A DNA stretch of 64,000 nucleotides from Bacteroidota bacterium (GTDB taxonomy: Bacteria > Bacteroidota > Bacteroidia > Chitinophagales > LD1), in assembly GCA_947476645.1 (NCBI GenBank), contig CANJRM010000006.1:3146-67145 (forward strand), in the 5' to 3' direction. The notes beneath the pieces were generated by a model. That model ran no database searches and was not told where the DNA came from. It saw nothing but the letters and a program-made list of their open reading frames with translations. Below are positions 54,661 to 64,000 of this stretch, piece by piece. Made by a program: the position numbers and the translations under genes. The number at the start of each line of letters is the position of its first letter. The first letter of the stretch is position 1.

Positions 54661-55542
54661 ATGAAATATTTTATCCGTCCTTTAGTTATTCTGATTCTTC
54701 CTTTTGCTCTTGCTTCATGTGTTACACAAAAGAAATATGCTGCGTTGCAAGGCGACCTGCAAAAAGCCAATGAACTGTTGCATGCCTGCAACGAGCAAAA
54801 AGACCTTTGCAAATCTGATTTGAAAGTTTGTCAGGCAAACCTCAATGGCAAACAGGAACAATACAACATGTTGAATGAACAACTCACCGATTGCAAATCT
54901 CAACGCGATAAACAATTGACACAAGTGGGTGATTTAACGGTGCTTTCAAAAAGCGCGAATGACAACATCAACCAAACACTTGCACAATTAGAAAGCAAAG
55001 ACAAATACATTCAAATGTTGCTCGCTGCAAAAACAAAAGCCGATTCTATCAATCTGGCTTTGGCAATAAATTTGAAAGGCGTATTGAAAGATGGTTTAGA
55101 TGACAAAGACGTTGAAATTAAAGTTGACAAAACTGTGGTGTTCATTAACCTGAGCGACAAAATGCTTTATCAGGTAGGAAGCTACACCCTCACATCAAAA
55201 GCTAAACAGGTTTTAGGCAAAATTGCTGCTATTGTAGAAACGCGTCCTGAAGTGGAAGTGATGGTGGAAGGTTATACCGACAATAAATCTATCAGCAATA
55301 ATTGCATTGCCGATAACTGGGATTTAAGTGTAAAGCGCGCAACCAGTGTGGTGCGTGTGTTGCAAAACGATTACAAGATTGACCCTAACAAATTGATTGC
55401 AGCAGGTCGCGGACAATACAACGCACTTGCAAGTAACGATGATGCCGAAGGACGCGCCACCAATCGAAGAACGCGAATCATCATTATGCCTAAGTTAAAT
55501 CAGTTCTACGATTTGCTCGACCCTTCAAAGGCTGCAAAATAA
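54661..55542 (+). CDS. OmpA-family lipoprotein with an N-terminal coiled coil
   Basis: Lipobox LASC. OmpA_C motifs VEGYTDN, NWDLSVKRATSVV and GRATNRRTRIII. Confidence 0.85.
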   Translation: MKYFIRPLVILILPFALASCVTQKKYAALQGDLQKANELLHACNEQKDLCKSDLKVCQANLNGKQEQYNMLNEQLTDCKSQRDKQLTQVGDLTVLSKSANDNINQTLAQLESKDKYIQMLLAAKTKADSINLALAINLKGVLKDGLDDKDVEIKVDKTVVFINLSDKMLYQVGSYTLTSKAKQVLGKIAAIVETRPEVEVMVEGYTDNKSISNNCIADNWDLSVKRATSVVRVLQNDYKIDPNKLIAAGRGQYNALASNDDAEGRATNRRTRIIIMPKLNQFYDLLDPSKAAK

Positions 55543-55632
55543 TTCACACAAACCTTTACATCACTTATCCGCTTCATGTTCTTGAAGCAGCAGTGCTTGT
55601 TTTACTTGTCCCCAAATTTTTGAAACAGAACC

Positions 55633-56595
55633 ATGAGCATATCTTTTAAAGAAGCAGCTAACAAAATAGAACTGCATTATTTTTTCTCTGACGAATCGCA
55701 TAGCATGAACGCGCTTGTTCGCAATAAGTGTGAGCACAACCTGCTGGGCATTCTAAAAGAAATATCTATGGTGCTTAACGCGCGCCTCAAAGTAGAAAGC
55801 GAAGCTTACACCGAAGGTGGATTGAAAGAACGTTTTGTTCTATTGAGCAATAGCGAATTCCTTCGCAGTTTTACTGCTAGTCTTTTTCATTACGTTTTGC
55901 CGCTTGAAGTGGACATTGAAAAAACAGTGAGCGAAGAGAATAAAGAAGATACCAAACAACGCATTGAGAAACTTCGCAAAGAGTTGAAAGAATATGAGCG
56001 CGATAATGATTTGAAAATTGATATAGAAAATGTGGAGACCCTCTTCCGCAACAACTTAAAGATTATCAAACTCAAATCAAATTTCTATCGCCAACTAAGC
56101 AGTTGCGAAAAGGTGACGAAGTTTGCCGTGCAGCGCGTAAATGCCGATGGTGAATACAGCGGCAAGGCAAACACCATCAACCGCAAACGGTTTGATACTT
56201 ACATGCTGATAGCCGATACTTTAAAACCTGAAACAGACGAAGCAGCAGTGATTGAAATTATTTCTCCGGTGCTTAAAACCGGCAGCTATAAATGGAAAGG
56301 CATTTATGTGCAAACGGGAAAAATCATCAACTTCTACATGAAGGATGAAGCATTTAAAAACGAAGTCATCAGCCAGAGCATTCCGTTTAAAAACGGCACT
56401 CGCATAGAATGCACACTCGAAAGCACTCGCAAAATGAACGAGTTCGGCACTGAAGTAGTAACGGGATATTCTGTATTAGTGGTTACAAAAAAACTCGATG
56501 ACGAAGTAGCAATGGAAATGCCGAAGGTGCGAACCACACCTAAAAAGAAAGAAGCAGAGCTCAAGCAACTTGATTTGTTTGGAAGTTTATTCTGA
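55633..56595 (+). CDS. Hypothetical protein with a C-terminal QLDLF (beta-clamp-binding-like) motif
   Basis: 320-aa ORF with a central Lys/Glu coiled-coil-like segment. The C-terminus reads ...KKKEAELKQLDLFGSLF. Confidence 0.65.
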   Translation: MSISFKEAANKIELHYFFSDESHSMNALVRNKCEHNLLGILKEISMVLNARLKVESEAYTEGGLKERFVLLSNSEFLRSFTASLFHYVLPLEVDIEKTVSEENKEDTKQRIEKLRKELKEYERDNDLKIDIENVETLFRNNLKIIKLKSNFYRQLSSCEKVTKFAVQRVNADGEYSGKANTINRKRFDTYMLIADTLKPETDEAAVIEIISPVLKTGSYKWKGIYVQTGKIINFYMKDEAFKNEVISQSIPFKNGTRIECTLESTRKMNEFGTEVVTGYSVLVVTKKLDDEVAMEMPKVRTTPKKKEAELKQLDLFGSLF

Positions 56596-56674
56596 TTTAG
56601 CTCTGCGCAATGATTGGGAACAAATGAATAACACTCCGTATTTTATTTTGATTTGCAGCTGCTAATAAACCCAC

Positions 56675-57352
56675 ATGCGCAGACTCATCAGTTTTTCTGT
56701 TCTCTTATTTTTAAAAGGTCTGTCGGCTGTATTCTATAAATTCAAAGTGGGTTGGCCTCCTCAACAAATTCGATGGAACGAAGTGCGCCTTATTATTTTT
56801 CTCAATCACACTTCGCTTTTTGAACCTATCTTTCTGGGCTTTCTTCCAACAAGTTTTTTATGGCGGCTTTCAGGTCACTTGGCAGCACCAGGTGCCGACA
56901 AAACATTGAACCGCCCTTTGGTAGGAACGCTTTATAAATTACTAAGCCCCGGCATTACTTCCATTACCCGCAAACGCGATGATACCTGGGAACATTTTAT
57001 GGATACTATTTCAGATGATTCGATTATTGCAATAGCCCCCGAGGGTAGAATGAAACGCAAAAACGGATTAGACCTTGATGGAAATAAAATGACAGTGCGT
57101 GGAGGAGTAGCAGATATTCTTGCGCTGTTGCAAAACGGGCAAATGGCAATTGGTTATAGTGGTGGACTGCATCACGTGCAAATACCGGGTGAAGGATTGC
57201 CTAAACTTTTCAAAACACTGAAGATAAATATTGATACTTTGGAAATTGCAGATTACAAAGCAAGCTTTAATGCAACTGTAGGAAGCAGCGAATGGAAAAA
57301 GCAAGTGCTTGATGATTTGCAACATAGGCTAGAAACAAAAATTCCTGTTTGA
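56675..57352 (+). CDS. Lysophospholipid (PlsC-family) acyltransferase-like protein
   Basis: NHTSLFE (variant of HX4D) and APEGRMKR motifs. Confidence 0.7.
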   Translation: MRRLISFSVLLFLKGLSAVFYKFKVGWPPQQIRWNEVRLIIFLNHTSLFEPIFLGFLPTSFLWRLSGHLAAPGADKTLNRPLVGTLYKLLSPGITSITRKRDDTWEHFMDTISDDSIIAIAPEGRMKRKNGLDLDGNKMTVRGGVADILALLQNGQMAIGYSGGLHHVQIPGEGLPKLFKTLKINIDTLEIADYKASFNATVGSSEWKKQVLDDLQHRLETKIPV

Positions 57353-57362
57353 AATTTTACGC

Positions 57363-57821
57363 ATGAAAGAATATCGTTTTGCTGCTGTGTTAGAAGATGC
57401 CGGAGGTGGAGGCATGTATATTCCTTTTCCGTACGATGCAAAAAAAGAATTTGGAAAAGGCCGCGTGCCTATTGAATGCACTATTGATGGCGAACCTTAT
57501 CGCGGCACTATGATTAAATACGGAACTCCGTATCATGTTATCATTGTGCTCAAAGCCATTCGCGAAAAAATAAAGAAGGGAGCCGGTGATACAGTTAAAG
57601 TATGGCTCAAAGAAGACAGCGGAGTAAGAACAGTAGAACTGCCTGACGATTTTAAAAAGCTGTTGAAGAAACATAAACTCGAAACTACCTTTGATAAAAT
57701 GAGTTACTCGCACAAAAAAGAATGGATGCTTTGGATTAATGATGCAAAAAAAGAAGAAACACGCCTGCGCAGAATGGAAAAGACAATGGAAAAATTAAAA
57801 GAGAAAAATCAAGGCAGTTAA
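57363..57821 (+). CDS. DUF1905 / YdeI-family protein
   Basis: GGGGMYIPFPYDAKKEFGKGRVPIECTIDGEPYRG... is followed by a YdeI-like C-terminal part. Confidence 0.75.
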   Translation: MKEYRFAAVLEDAGGGGMYIPFPYDAKKEFGKGRVPIECTIDGEPYRGTMIKYGTPYHVIIVLKAIREKIKKGAGDTVKVWLKEDSGVRTVELPDDFKKLLKKHKLETTFDKMSYSHKKEWMLWINDAKKEETRLRRMEKTMEKLKEKNQGS

Positions 57822-57831
57822 AATCCCCCTA

Positions 57832-58416
57832 TTGCAAAAAGCATATTTCATTTTACTCTTCATTTGGTGTAGTTCAGTTTCAGCACAAACTATTTCGTTT
57901 GACATTTGCGTGTTTGGTTCTACCATTGGCAGAATGAATGTTTCGCATGTAAAAGAAGCTGATGGCAATGAACTTTACACCATCGAATCAAATTCGCAAG
58001 CGCGCATTCTCTGGATAACAAAAACATATCACTCCAAATTTGAAGTGCGTTATAAAGACGGTAAAATGATTTCGTCTTCGCACATGGAAACCGAAAACAA
58101 CAAACCAAAACGTTGGTCGAAAGTTGTTTATGACGGCAAAAAATATGATGTAGATTCAGATAAAGGCAAGCGCAGTTTTACTGAATTGCCTGCTTACACT
58201 GACTTAAGTCTTTACTTTGATGATTACAAAAAAGTGAATCGTGTTTTCTATTTGCCGGATGCAGATTTCAATAACATTACTCACGTTAACGACAACACCG
58301 TTGAGTTTAAAAGTGCCGATGGTCACCGCAATGTTTACTTTTTTGAAAAGGGAATTATCAAGCAAATGGAATTTCATTTGGCACTCGCCACAGTTTATAT
58401 GACGCGCGTGAATTAG
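57832..58416 (+). CDS. Hypothetical secreted protein
   Basis: TTG start followed by signal peptide QKAYFILLFIWCSSVSAQ. 194 aa. Confidence 0.55.
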   Translation: MQKAYFILLFIWCSSVSAQTISFDICVFGSTIGRMNVSHVKEADGNELYTIESNSQARILWITKTYHSKFEVRYKDGKMISSSHMETENNKPKRWSKVVYDGKKYDVDSDKGKRSFTELPAYTDLSLYFDDYKKVNRVFYLPDADFNNITHVNDNTVEFKSADGHRNVYFFEKGIIKQMEFHLALATVYMTRVN

Positions 58417-59183
58417 AAGCGAAGGTGCTTTACCGTCAATCCTTCATTGATAAGTTGTTTGAGCGAATCAATACCAATTTTCAAATGCTGCTCAACAAAA
58501 CCAGTGGTTACTTTCAAATCACTCTTTTCGGTCTTCACACCTTGCGGCACCATGGGTTGGTCAGAAACTAAAAGTAAAGCGCCCACAGGAATTTCATTTT
58601 TAAACGCAGTGATAAAAATGGTTGCGGTTTCCATATCAATTGCCATTACGCGTATTTCGCGCAGATATTCTTTGAACTTATCGTCCCACTCCCACACTCT
58701 TCGGTTAGTGGTATAAACAGTTCCTGTCCAATAATCCTGACCTGAATCGCGAATGGTAGTAGAGATAGCTTTTTGCAAAGCGAAAGACGGAAGTGCCGGA
58801 ACTTCTATAGGAAAATAATCGGCAGAGGTTCCTTCACCACGCACAGCAGCTATGGGTAGAATGAAATCGCCTATTTCATTTTTCTTTTTCAAGCCACCGC
58901 ACTTGCCTAAAAACAAAACTGCCTTTGGCTCAATAGCCGAAAGCAAATCCATCATAGTAGCTGCATTAGGGCTTCCCATACCGAAGTTGATAATCGTAAT
59001 GCCATCAGCCGAGGCATTCATCATCGGTCTGTCTTCACCTACTATAGGCACATTGTGCTGCTTAGCAAACATGTGCACGTAGTTATCGAAATTGGTGAGT
59101 AGAATATATTTATCGAAGTCTTTCAATTCGCGACCGGTGTAACGGGGCAACCAGTTCTGTACAATTTCTTCTTTCGTTTTCAT
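58413..59183 (-). CDS. amn: AMP nucleosidase (short, catalytic-domain-only form; PNP/UDP_1 fold)
   Basis: Motifs LFLGKCGGLKK, PIAAVRGEGTS and AIDMETA. Confidence 0.8.
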   Translation of the reverse strand: MKTKEEIVQNWLPRYTGRELKDFDKYILLTNFDNYVHMFAKQHNVPIVGEDRPMMNASADGITIINFGMGSPNAATMMDLLSAIEPKAVLFLGKCGGLKKKNEIGDFILPIAAVRGEGTSADYFPIEVPALPSFALQKAISTTIRDSGQDYWTGTVYTTNRRVWEWDDKFKEYLREIRVMAIDMETATIFITAFKNEIPVGALLLVSDQPMVPQGVKTEKSDLKVTTGFVEQHLKIGIDSLKQLINEGLTVKHLRF

Positions 59184-59270
59184 AAGAATAGATGTTAGAT
59201 GTGAGACATTAGCTGATAGACAAATGCAAAATACATTTTAATGATTTTATTTTCGGTCTAAGTTAAAAAC

Positions 59271-59723
59271 ATGACCGAAGTAATCTTTTCCAATTACAAT
59301 TTCAGAACTGAAGAGCGCAGCGGCAATCGTTTTATTTTTGATGAAGTGCGAAAGAAAATGGTGGCGCTTACTCCTGAAGAATGGGTGCGCCAGCACATTC
59401 TTCATTATTTAATTACCGATAAAAAAATTCCGAAGGGATTGATTGCCGTAGAGCGCGGCATTGAACTGAATGGTTTACAAAAACGTTTTGATGTAGTGGT
59501 ATTCAACAATCAAGGTAAACCTAAAATGCTGATTGAATGTAAAGCCCCCGAAGAAAAACTAAATGCTAAAGTGTTTGAACAAATTGCGCGTTATAATCTT
59601 TCGCTCAAGGTAGATTACTTATGGGTAACTAATGGAGAAAATAATTTTTGTTCGAAACTCAAAAATGGAATTGAGTTGCTGAAAGAAGTTCCGGGGTATG
59701 ATGAGTTGATTAAGGCAGATTAA
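59271..59723 (+). CDS. Type I restriction enzyme HsdR N-terminal domain-containing protein (stand-alone)
   Basis: LTPEEWVRQ...VERGIELNGLQKRFDVVVF...IECKAP pattern of HSDR_N_2. Confidence 0.75.
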   Translation: MTEVIFSNYNFRTEERSGNRFIFDEVRKKMVALTPEEWVRQHILHYLITDKKIPKGLIAVERGIELNGLQKRFDVVVFNNQGKPKMLIECKAPEEKLNAKVFEQIARYNLSLKVDYLWVTNGENNFCSKLKNGIELLKEVPGYDELIKAD

Positions 59724-59922
59724 CTCTTGCATTGCCACTGTAAATAGCATAAATCAATAACGCTACTATACCGAGTGTAATTACCCACGAAACTTTACTG
59801 GCAAAATTCAATGTCCATCCAAACACCGGAATTTTTTTAGGAACAAGAATACGTGGGTCACTTTCATCGTAATAGAAGAGTCCGTATTTCCAAGGATTTG
59901 GTGTGTTTGAGTTTTCAGCCAT
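59710..59922 (-). CDS. DUF5808-like small membrane protein
   Basis: GLFYYDESDPRILVPKKIPVFGWTLNF followed by one TM helix. Confidence 0.55.
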   Translation of the reverse strand: MAENSNTPNPWKYGLFYYDESDPRILVPKKIPVFGWTLNFASKVSWVITLGIVALLIYAIYSGNARVNLP

Positions 59923-59954
59923 GGGTTTATTATTTACAGTAAAGATGAAATTTT

Positions 59955-60368
59955 TTATAAAAAATCTCTCGTCCGCAATTTTCTGCCCGCCTTTTTATCA
60001 GAAAGTAATTTCTTCTTTTCTCTGATGGCTCGTTTTACTGCTTTTGGAATATGAGTAGGAATTCGCTTCTTCTCCTTCTCCATTGCCTTGGCTAGCATTT
60101 CGTAAAACTTCTTGATTACATGCTGCTTGTTGGAAGATTGCGAGCGATGCTGGCTGCTGCAAATAGTAAATATGTTTTCATCACTCACACGATTTTTCCA
60201 TCGGTTGATAAACTTCTCCTTCTCCTCTTCGCTTAACAAAGAAGAGCCCGCTACATCAAACAACAATTCAACGCGGGTTTCGGTTTTGTTTACATGCTGC
60301 CCGCCAGCTCCGCTGCTGCGCGAAGTGCGAAACGTAAACTCCGATTCAAAGTTTCTTTTCTCTTTCAT
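59955..60368 (-). CDS. arfB: Alternative ribosome-rescue factor ArfB (peptidyl-tRNA hydrolase, GGQ domain plus basic tail)
   Basis: SRSSGAGGQHVNKTETRVEL and a Lys/Arg-rich C-terminal tail. The ORF could also start at 60380. Confidence 0.88.
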   Translation of the reverse strand: MKEKRNFESEFTFRTSRSSGAGGQHVNKTETRVELLFDVAGSSLLSEEEKEKFINRWKNRVSDENIFTICSSQHRSQSSNKQHVIKKFYEMLAKAMEKEKKRIPTHIPKAVKRAIREKKKLLSDKKAGRKLRTRDFL

Positions 60369-60435
60369 GATAAAAATCAAACTTCTTTTAAGTGCAAATG
60401 TTTTAGTTCACATTTACGCGCGCAATTTACACAAG

Positions 60436-61527
60436 ATGAAAAGAACCAAACTTTATTTTTTAGCCATTCCATTTTTGTTCACCCTTTATTTAGTGAGCTG
60501 TAATTTTCTAAAAACGAAAGTGGCGCTGGATATAGCTGCAAAACCTTTTGAGAAACTTTCGGAGTATCATTTCTTTGTGGGAACAATGAATGAGTTGAAG
60601 GCGAACACACGTGTTCTTCCTTATGATTTAATTACTCCGCTCTTCAGCGATTACGCTTTTAAAGCACGCTTCGTTTACATGCCCGAAGGCAAAAGTGCTG
60701 AATATGATACCGCCAAAGTTTTGGATTTGCCTGTTGGTTCATGTCTCATCAAAAACTTTTATTACCCCGATGATTTTCGAAACCCGACAGGCAAAAGAAG
60801 AATTATGGAAACACGTTTGCTCGTTCACCGCGAAAAAGCATGGGAAGCACTCGACTACATTTGGAACGATGAACAAACCGAAGCTGTTTTAGAAAATGCA
60901 GGCGACATCAAAAAAGTTTCGTGGACACATTACGATGGTTTGAAAAAAGAGATTGATTACATCATCCCAAATAAAAATCAATGCAAGGGTTGCCATTGGA
61001 ACAATGGCGTTGCTATAGTTCCTATTGGACCGAAAGTGCGCAACCTCAATCGCGATTTTGAATATGCAGAGGGTAAAGAAAATCAATTAGCGCATTGGGC
61101 TAAAGCAGGTTATTTGAAAAATGCTCCTTCACCAAATGACGCTCCGCGCATTGCTGATTGGAAAGATTCTGTTCATTATTCGGTGAATGAACGTTCGCGC
61201 GCTTACCTTGAAATGAACTGCGGACATTGCCACAATCCGAATGGGCCAGCTTATACTTCTGGTTTGTACTTGAATTTAGAAAACAGCAACCTCGAAAATC
61301 TTGGCTTTTGTAAAACGCCTGTTGCTGCGGGTAAAGCTACGGGCAATTTGTTTTACGACATTGTTCCTTCAGAGCCTCAAAAATCTATCCTATTCTTTCG
61401 CATGGTAAGCGATGACCCGGGTATTCGTATGCCAGAGGTTGGTCGTTCGCAATTGCATACAGAAGGAGTGAATTTGATTGAGCAGTGGATTAGGGAAATG
61501 AAACCTAACGCCTGCAACAAATTGTAA
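60436..61527 (+). CDS. Di-heme c-type cytochrome-like lipoprotein (HNE_0200 / SO_2930-like family)
   Basis: The start is at MKRTKLYFLAIPFLFTLYLVSC (ATG 60436). Two CXXCH motifs: CKGCH and CGHCH. Confidence 0.75.
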   Translation: MKRTKLYFLAIPFLFTLYLVSCNFLKTKVALDIAAKPFEKLSEYHFFVGTMNELKANTRVLPYDLITPLFSDYAFKARFVYMPEGKSAEYDTAKVLDLPVGSCLIKNFYYPDDFRNPTGKRRIMETRLLVHREKAWEALDYIWNDEQTEAVLENAGDIKKVSWTHYDGLKKEIDYIIPNKNQCKGCHWNNGVAIVPIGPKVRNLNRDFEYAEGKENQLAHWAKAGYLKNAPSPNDAPRIADWKDSVHYSVNERSRAYLEMNCGHCHNPNGPAYTSGLYLNLENSNLENLGFCKTPVAAGKATGNLFYDIVPSEPQKSILFFRMVSDDPGIRMPEVGRSQLHTEGVNLIEQWIREMKPNACNKL

Positions 61528-61575
61528 GAAGCAAAACCACTTCTTCTTTTATCTTCGTGCTCTATTTTTTTAGCC

Positions 61576-62970
61576 ATGCACAAACGACAGAAATACCGCG
61601 ACCTCATTACCCAAACTTTTGATTTTCCTCAGCGCGATTTTAAGGAAGAGAAAAATTTGCTTTACTGGAACGACCTTCCGCTGATGGATATTATTGCGCA
61701 ATACGGCACTCCGTTGCGCCTGACTTATCTCCCAAAGATTACGCAGCAGATTCAAAAAGCAAGACGACTGTTTAATTCATCTATTGCCAACAACGATTAC
61801 CGTGGCGATTATCATTACTGCTACTGCACCAAGAGTTCGCATTTTTCTTTTGTGGTGGAAGAAGCATTGAAAAACAAAGTGAATCTTGAAACTTCTTCTG
61901 CTTTTGATTTTGAAATTTTGAAAAGATTAGAAGAGAAAAAGAAAATCAAGAAGGAAGCTTACATCGTTTGCAACGGATTTAAACCGCAGCATTACATTGA
62001 TAAAATTCTGGAGGCTTACAGCAATGGCTATAAAAACATAATTCCCGTTTTAGATAATTTGGATGAGTTGGAGAGATACGGCACACCAAGCGAACCCATG
62101 AACATTGGTATTCGCATTGCGGCTGAAGAAGAACCGAAGTATGAGTTTTATACTTCGCGTTTGGGCGTTCGTTACAACGATATTGTTCCTTTCTATCAGC
62201 AGAAAATTCAGGACAATCCGAATTTCAAATTGAAGATGCTTCACTTTTTTATTGACACGGGAATAAAAGACGTGAACTATTACTGGACGGAGTTTCACAA
62301 AGCACTGGGTGTGTATTGCGATTTGAAAAAGATTTGCCCCGAGTTGAATACCATCAACCTTGGTGGAGGAATGCCTATCAAACATTCACTTGCTGCCGAT
62401 TTCGATTACGAATACATGATAAACGAAATTGTTTCGCAGATTAAAATAACCTGCAATAATGAAGGTGTTGATGAGCCCGATATTTTTACCGAATTCGGGA
62501 GTTACACCGTTGGCGAAAGCGGTTGCGTTATTTTTAGCGTGCTCGGAGTAAAGAATCAAAATGACCGCGAAACCTGGTATATGCTCGATGGCTCGTTGAT
62601 GAATAATCTGCCTGATATCTGGGGCTTATCGCAACGTTTCATCATGCTACCCATCAACAAGTGGGACGATGATTACAAGCATGTGAACTTAGGTGGCATT
62701 ACCTGCGATGTAGGCGATTACTACAATAGCGATGCACACATCAATCAGGTTTATCTTCCTAAAATTAAACAGGGAGAAAAACTTTTTATCGGCTTCTTCA
62801 ACACGGGTGCTTATCAGGATACTTTGAGTGGTTATGGCGGAATAAAACATTGTCTGCTTCCATCGCCCCCACATATTTTAATTGATGAAAAGAAAAGAGG
62901 AGAATTTACCTACAAGGTTTTTGCCGAAGAACAAACTTCGGATAGTATGATGAAGATTCTGGGTTATTAA
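61576..62970 (+). CDS. Arginine decarboxylase-like PLP enzyme (Orn/DAP/Arg decarboxylase fold type III, short Bacteroidota form)
   Basis: QYGTPLRLTYLPKI, YCYCTKSS (PLP Lys region), LGGGMP and GAYQDTLSG. Confidence 0.8.
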   Translation: MHKRQKYRDLITQTFDFPQRDFKEEKNLLYWNDLPLMDIIAQYGTPLRLTYLPKITQQIQKARRLFNSSIANNDYRGDYHYCYCTKSSHFSFVVEEALKNKVNLETSSAFDFEILKRLEEKKKIKKEAYIVCNGFKPQHYIDKILEAYSNGYKNIIPVLDNLDELERYGTPSEPMNIGIRIAAEEEPKYEFYTSRLGVRYNDIVPFYQQKIQDNPNFKLKMLHFFIDTGIKDVNYYWTEFHKALGVYCDLKKICPELNTINLGGGMPIKHSLAADFDYEYMINEIVSQIKITCNNEGVDEPDIFTEFGSYTVGESGCVIFSVLGVKNQNDRETWYMLDGSLMNNLPDIWGLSQRFIMLPINKWDDDYKHVNLGGITCDVGDYYNSDAHINQVYLPKIKQGEKLFIGFFNTGAYQDTLSGYGGIKHCLLPSPPHILIDEKKRGEFTYKVFAEEQTSDSMMKILGY

Positions 62971-63057
62971 ACTAACCACTAAGGACATTAAGCACACTAA
63001 GAAAAGTTTGATAGAAACCCTGTCCTGCCCGACTTCGTCATTCAGGCGGGAACAAGT

Positions 63058-63702
63058 TTAGGAAGCGTTTTCTTTCTCCTCTTCAAGCTGCTTCTTTTTC
63101 TGCTTGTAATAAGAGCGCGCTTCTTTTTCTATAAATTCCAACACGGCTTCTTTGCCGTGTTTTTTTTCGGCTGAAGTAATAAAGGTAACCGGCAGTTCAG
63201 CCCATTCTTTCAGCAATTCGTTTTTAAACGACTGAATATTTTGCAGGGTGTCTTTCCCTCCAGCTTTATCGGCTTTGGTAAAAATGACAACGAGGGGCAC
63301 GTGGTTTTTTCCCATCCAGCCGATGAATTCCAAATCAACTTTTTGTGGCGGTATGCGCGCATCTATTAACTGAAACACATACATCAATTGCTCGCGGTGA
63401 AGAATGTAATTGCGAATCATATTATCCCACTTGTTACGCATTTCAATGGAAACACGTGCAAAGCTGTAACCAGGCAAATCGACAAACTGAAGTGTTTCAT
63501 TAATGTCGAAGAAGTTAAGCGTTTGAGTTTTGCCTGGGGTGTTCGACACCTTCGAAAGTTTTTTTCTGCCACACAAATAATTGATAAGTGAACTCTTGCC
63601 CACGTTCGACCTGCCTATGAATGCAAACTCCGGCACTTCGCCCTTCGGGCATTTTGCCACATCTACATAACTCGCTTTATACTCGGCTGATTTTATTTGC
63701 AT
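63058..63702 (-). CDS. yihA: Ribosome biogenesis GTP-binding protein YihA/YsxC (EngB)
   Basis: G1 motif GRSNVGKSSLIN, DLPGY, and TKADK (G4). Confidence 0.9.
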   Translation of the reverse strand: MQIKSAEYKASYVDVAKCPKGEVPEFAFIGRSNVGKSSLINYLCGRKKLSKVSNTPGKTQTLNFFDINETLQFVDLPGYSFARVSIEMRNKWDNMIRNYILHREQLMYVFQLIDARIPPQKVDLEFIGWMGKNHVPLVVIFTKADKAGGKDTLQNIQSFKNELLKEWAELPVTFITSAEKKHGKEAVLEFIEKEARSYYKQKKKQLEEEKENAS

Positions 63703-63761
63703 GCCGCAATGATAGCGAATAACAATTCGGGAATTTTATCCGATTACATTTGCGCGCTTTT

Positions 63762-64000
63762 ATGAGCAACGCAGTTACTCCATACAACGATACACGAAGC
63801 AAGAAAGCGCAGGTGGAAGAAATGTTTGACAACATTGCTCACCGTTACGATTTTCTGAATCATCTTTTAACGCTCGGTATTGATATTGTTTGGCGCAAAA
63901 AAGCGGTGAAGTTTATCGGCACTGTTCAACCCAAAAGAATTTTAGATGTAGCCAGCGGCACCGGAGATTTTGCCTTTGAAGCATTGACGCTTAGCCCTGA
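63762..64000 (+). CDS. ubiE: Demethylmenaquinone / ubiquinone-family methyltransferase UbiE/MenG, 5' part (continues beyond the window)
   Basis: ATG at 63762. Contains [28 protein letters not shown] and the SAM motif [10 protein letters not shown]. The frame is open to the window end. Confidence 0.85.
   Translation, partial: MSNAVTPYNDTRSKKAQVEEMFDNIAHRYDFLNHLLTLGIDIVWRKKAVKFIGTVQPKRILDVASGTGDFAFEALTLSP

Noticed and set aside
60112-60435. N-terminal 108-aa extension of the di-heme protein ORF
   Set aside because: It is antisense to arfB and has a non-protein-like composition. The lipoprotein signal begins at ATG 60436.
1-64000. rRNA, tRNA, tmRNA, RNase P, riboswitches, IS elements, integrases and reverse transcriptase/DGR
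   Set aside because: Scanning by eye, I found no cloverleaf-type conserved tRNA T-arm boxes (GGTTCGAATCC-like), no GAGGAAAGTCC RNase P box, no transposase- or recombinase-like ORF and no RT motif. Without covariance-model tools, small ncRNAs cannot be excluded.

Overview
AT-rich chromosomal segment, almost certainly from a member of Bacteroidota. Supporting signs are many T9SS C-terminal sorting domains, a fused LpxC/FabZ, TTTG-N19-TAnnTTTG style promoters and no Shine-Dalgarno signals. I support about 58 protein-coding genes. By eye I saw no rRNA, tRNA, CRISPR array, transposase, integrase or reverse transcriptase. Housekeeping content includes panB, fbp, an orphan rplL followed by hpf, the lpxD-lpxC/fabZ-lpxA cluster, a FadB/FadJ-type beta-oxidation fusion, arfB, a short arginine decarboxylase, yihA/engB and the start of ubiE. 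The accessory content is dominated by secreted proteins. Nine ORFs end in T9SS sorting domains, and seven of them are packed into 5.1-18.5 kb. These include a cytochrome c / PHM-like copper monooxygenase / Ig-repeat fusion, an IpaH/YopM-type LRR protein, two beta-propeller proteins, a three-member paralog family and a T9SS-tagged glutathione peroxidase. A 1543-aa collagen-like / LVIVD / peptidase-S74 tail-fibre-like protein sits between a class III nucleotide cyclase and a Crp-family regulator. The most unusual non-coding signal is three strictly phased tandem arrays (41 bp x ~8-10, 21 bp x 31, 21 bp x ~13). Their units carry dyad-symmetric cores, and the arms co-vary along the array. Several families of short dispersed palindromic repeats are also present. 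All domain calls come from motif recognition by eye and need HMM or structure confirmation.
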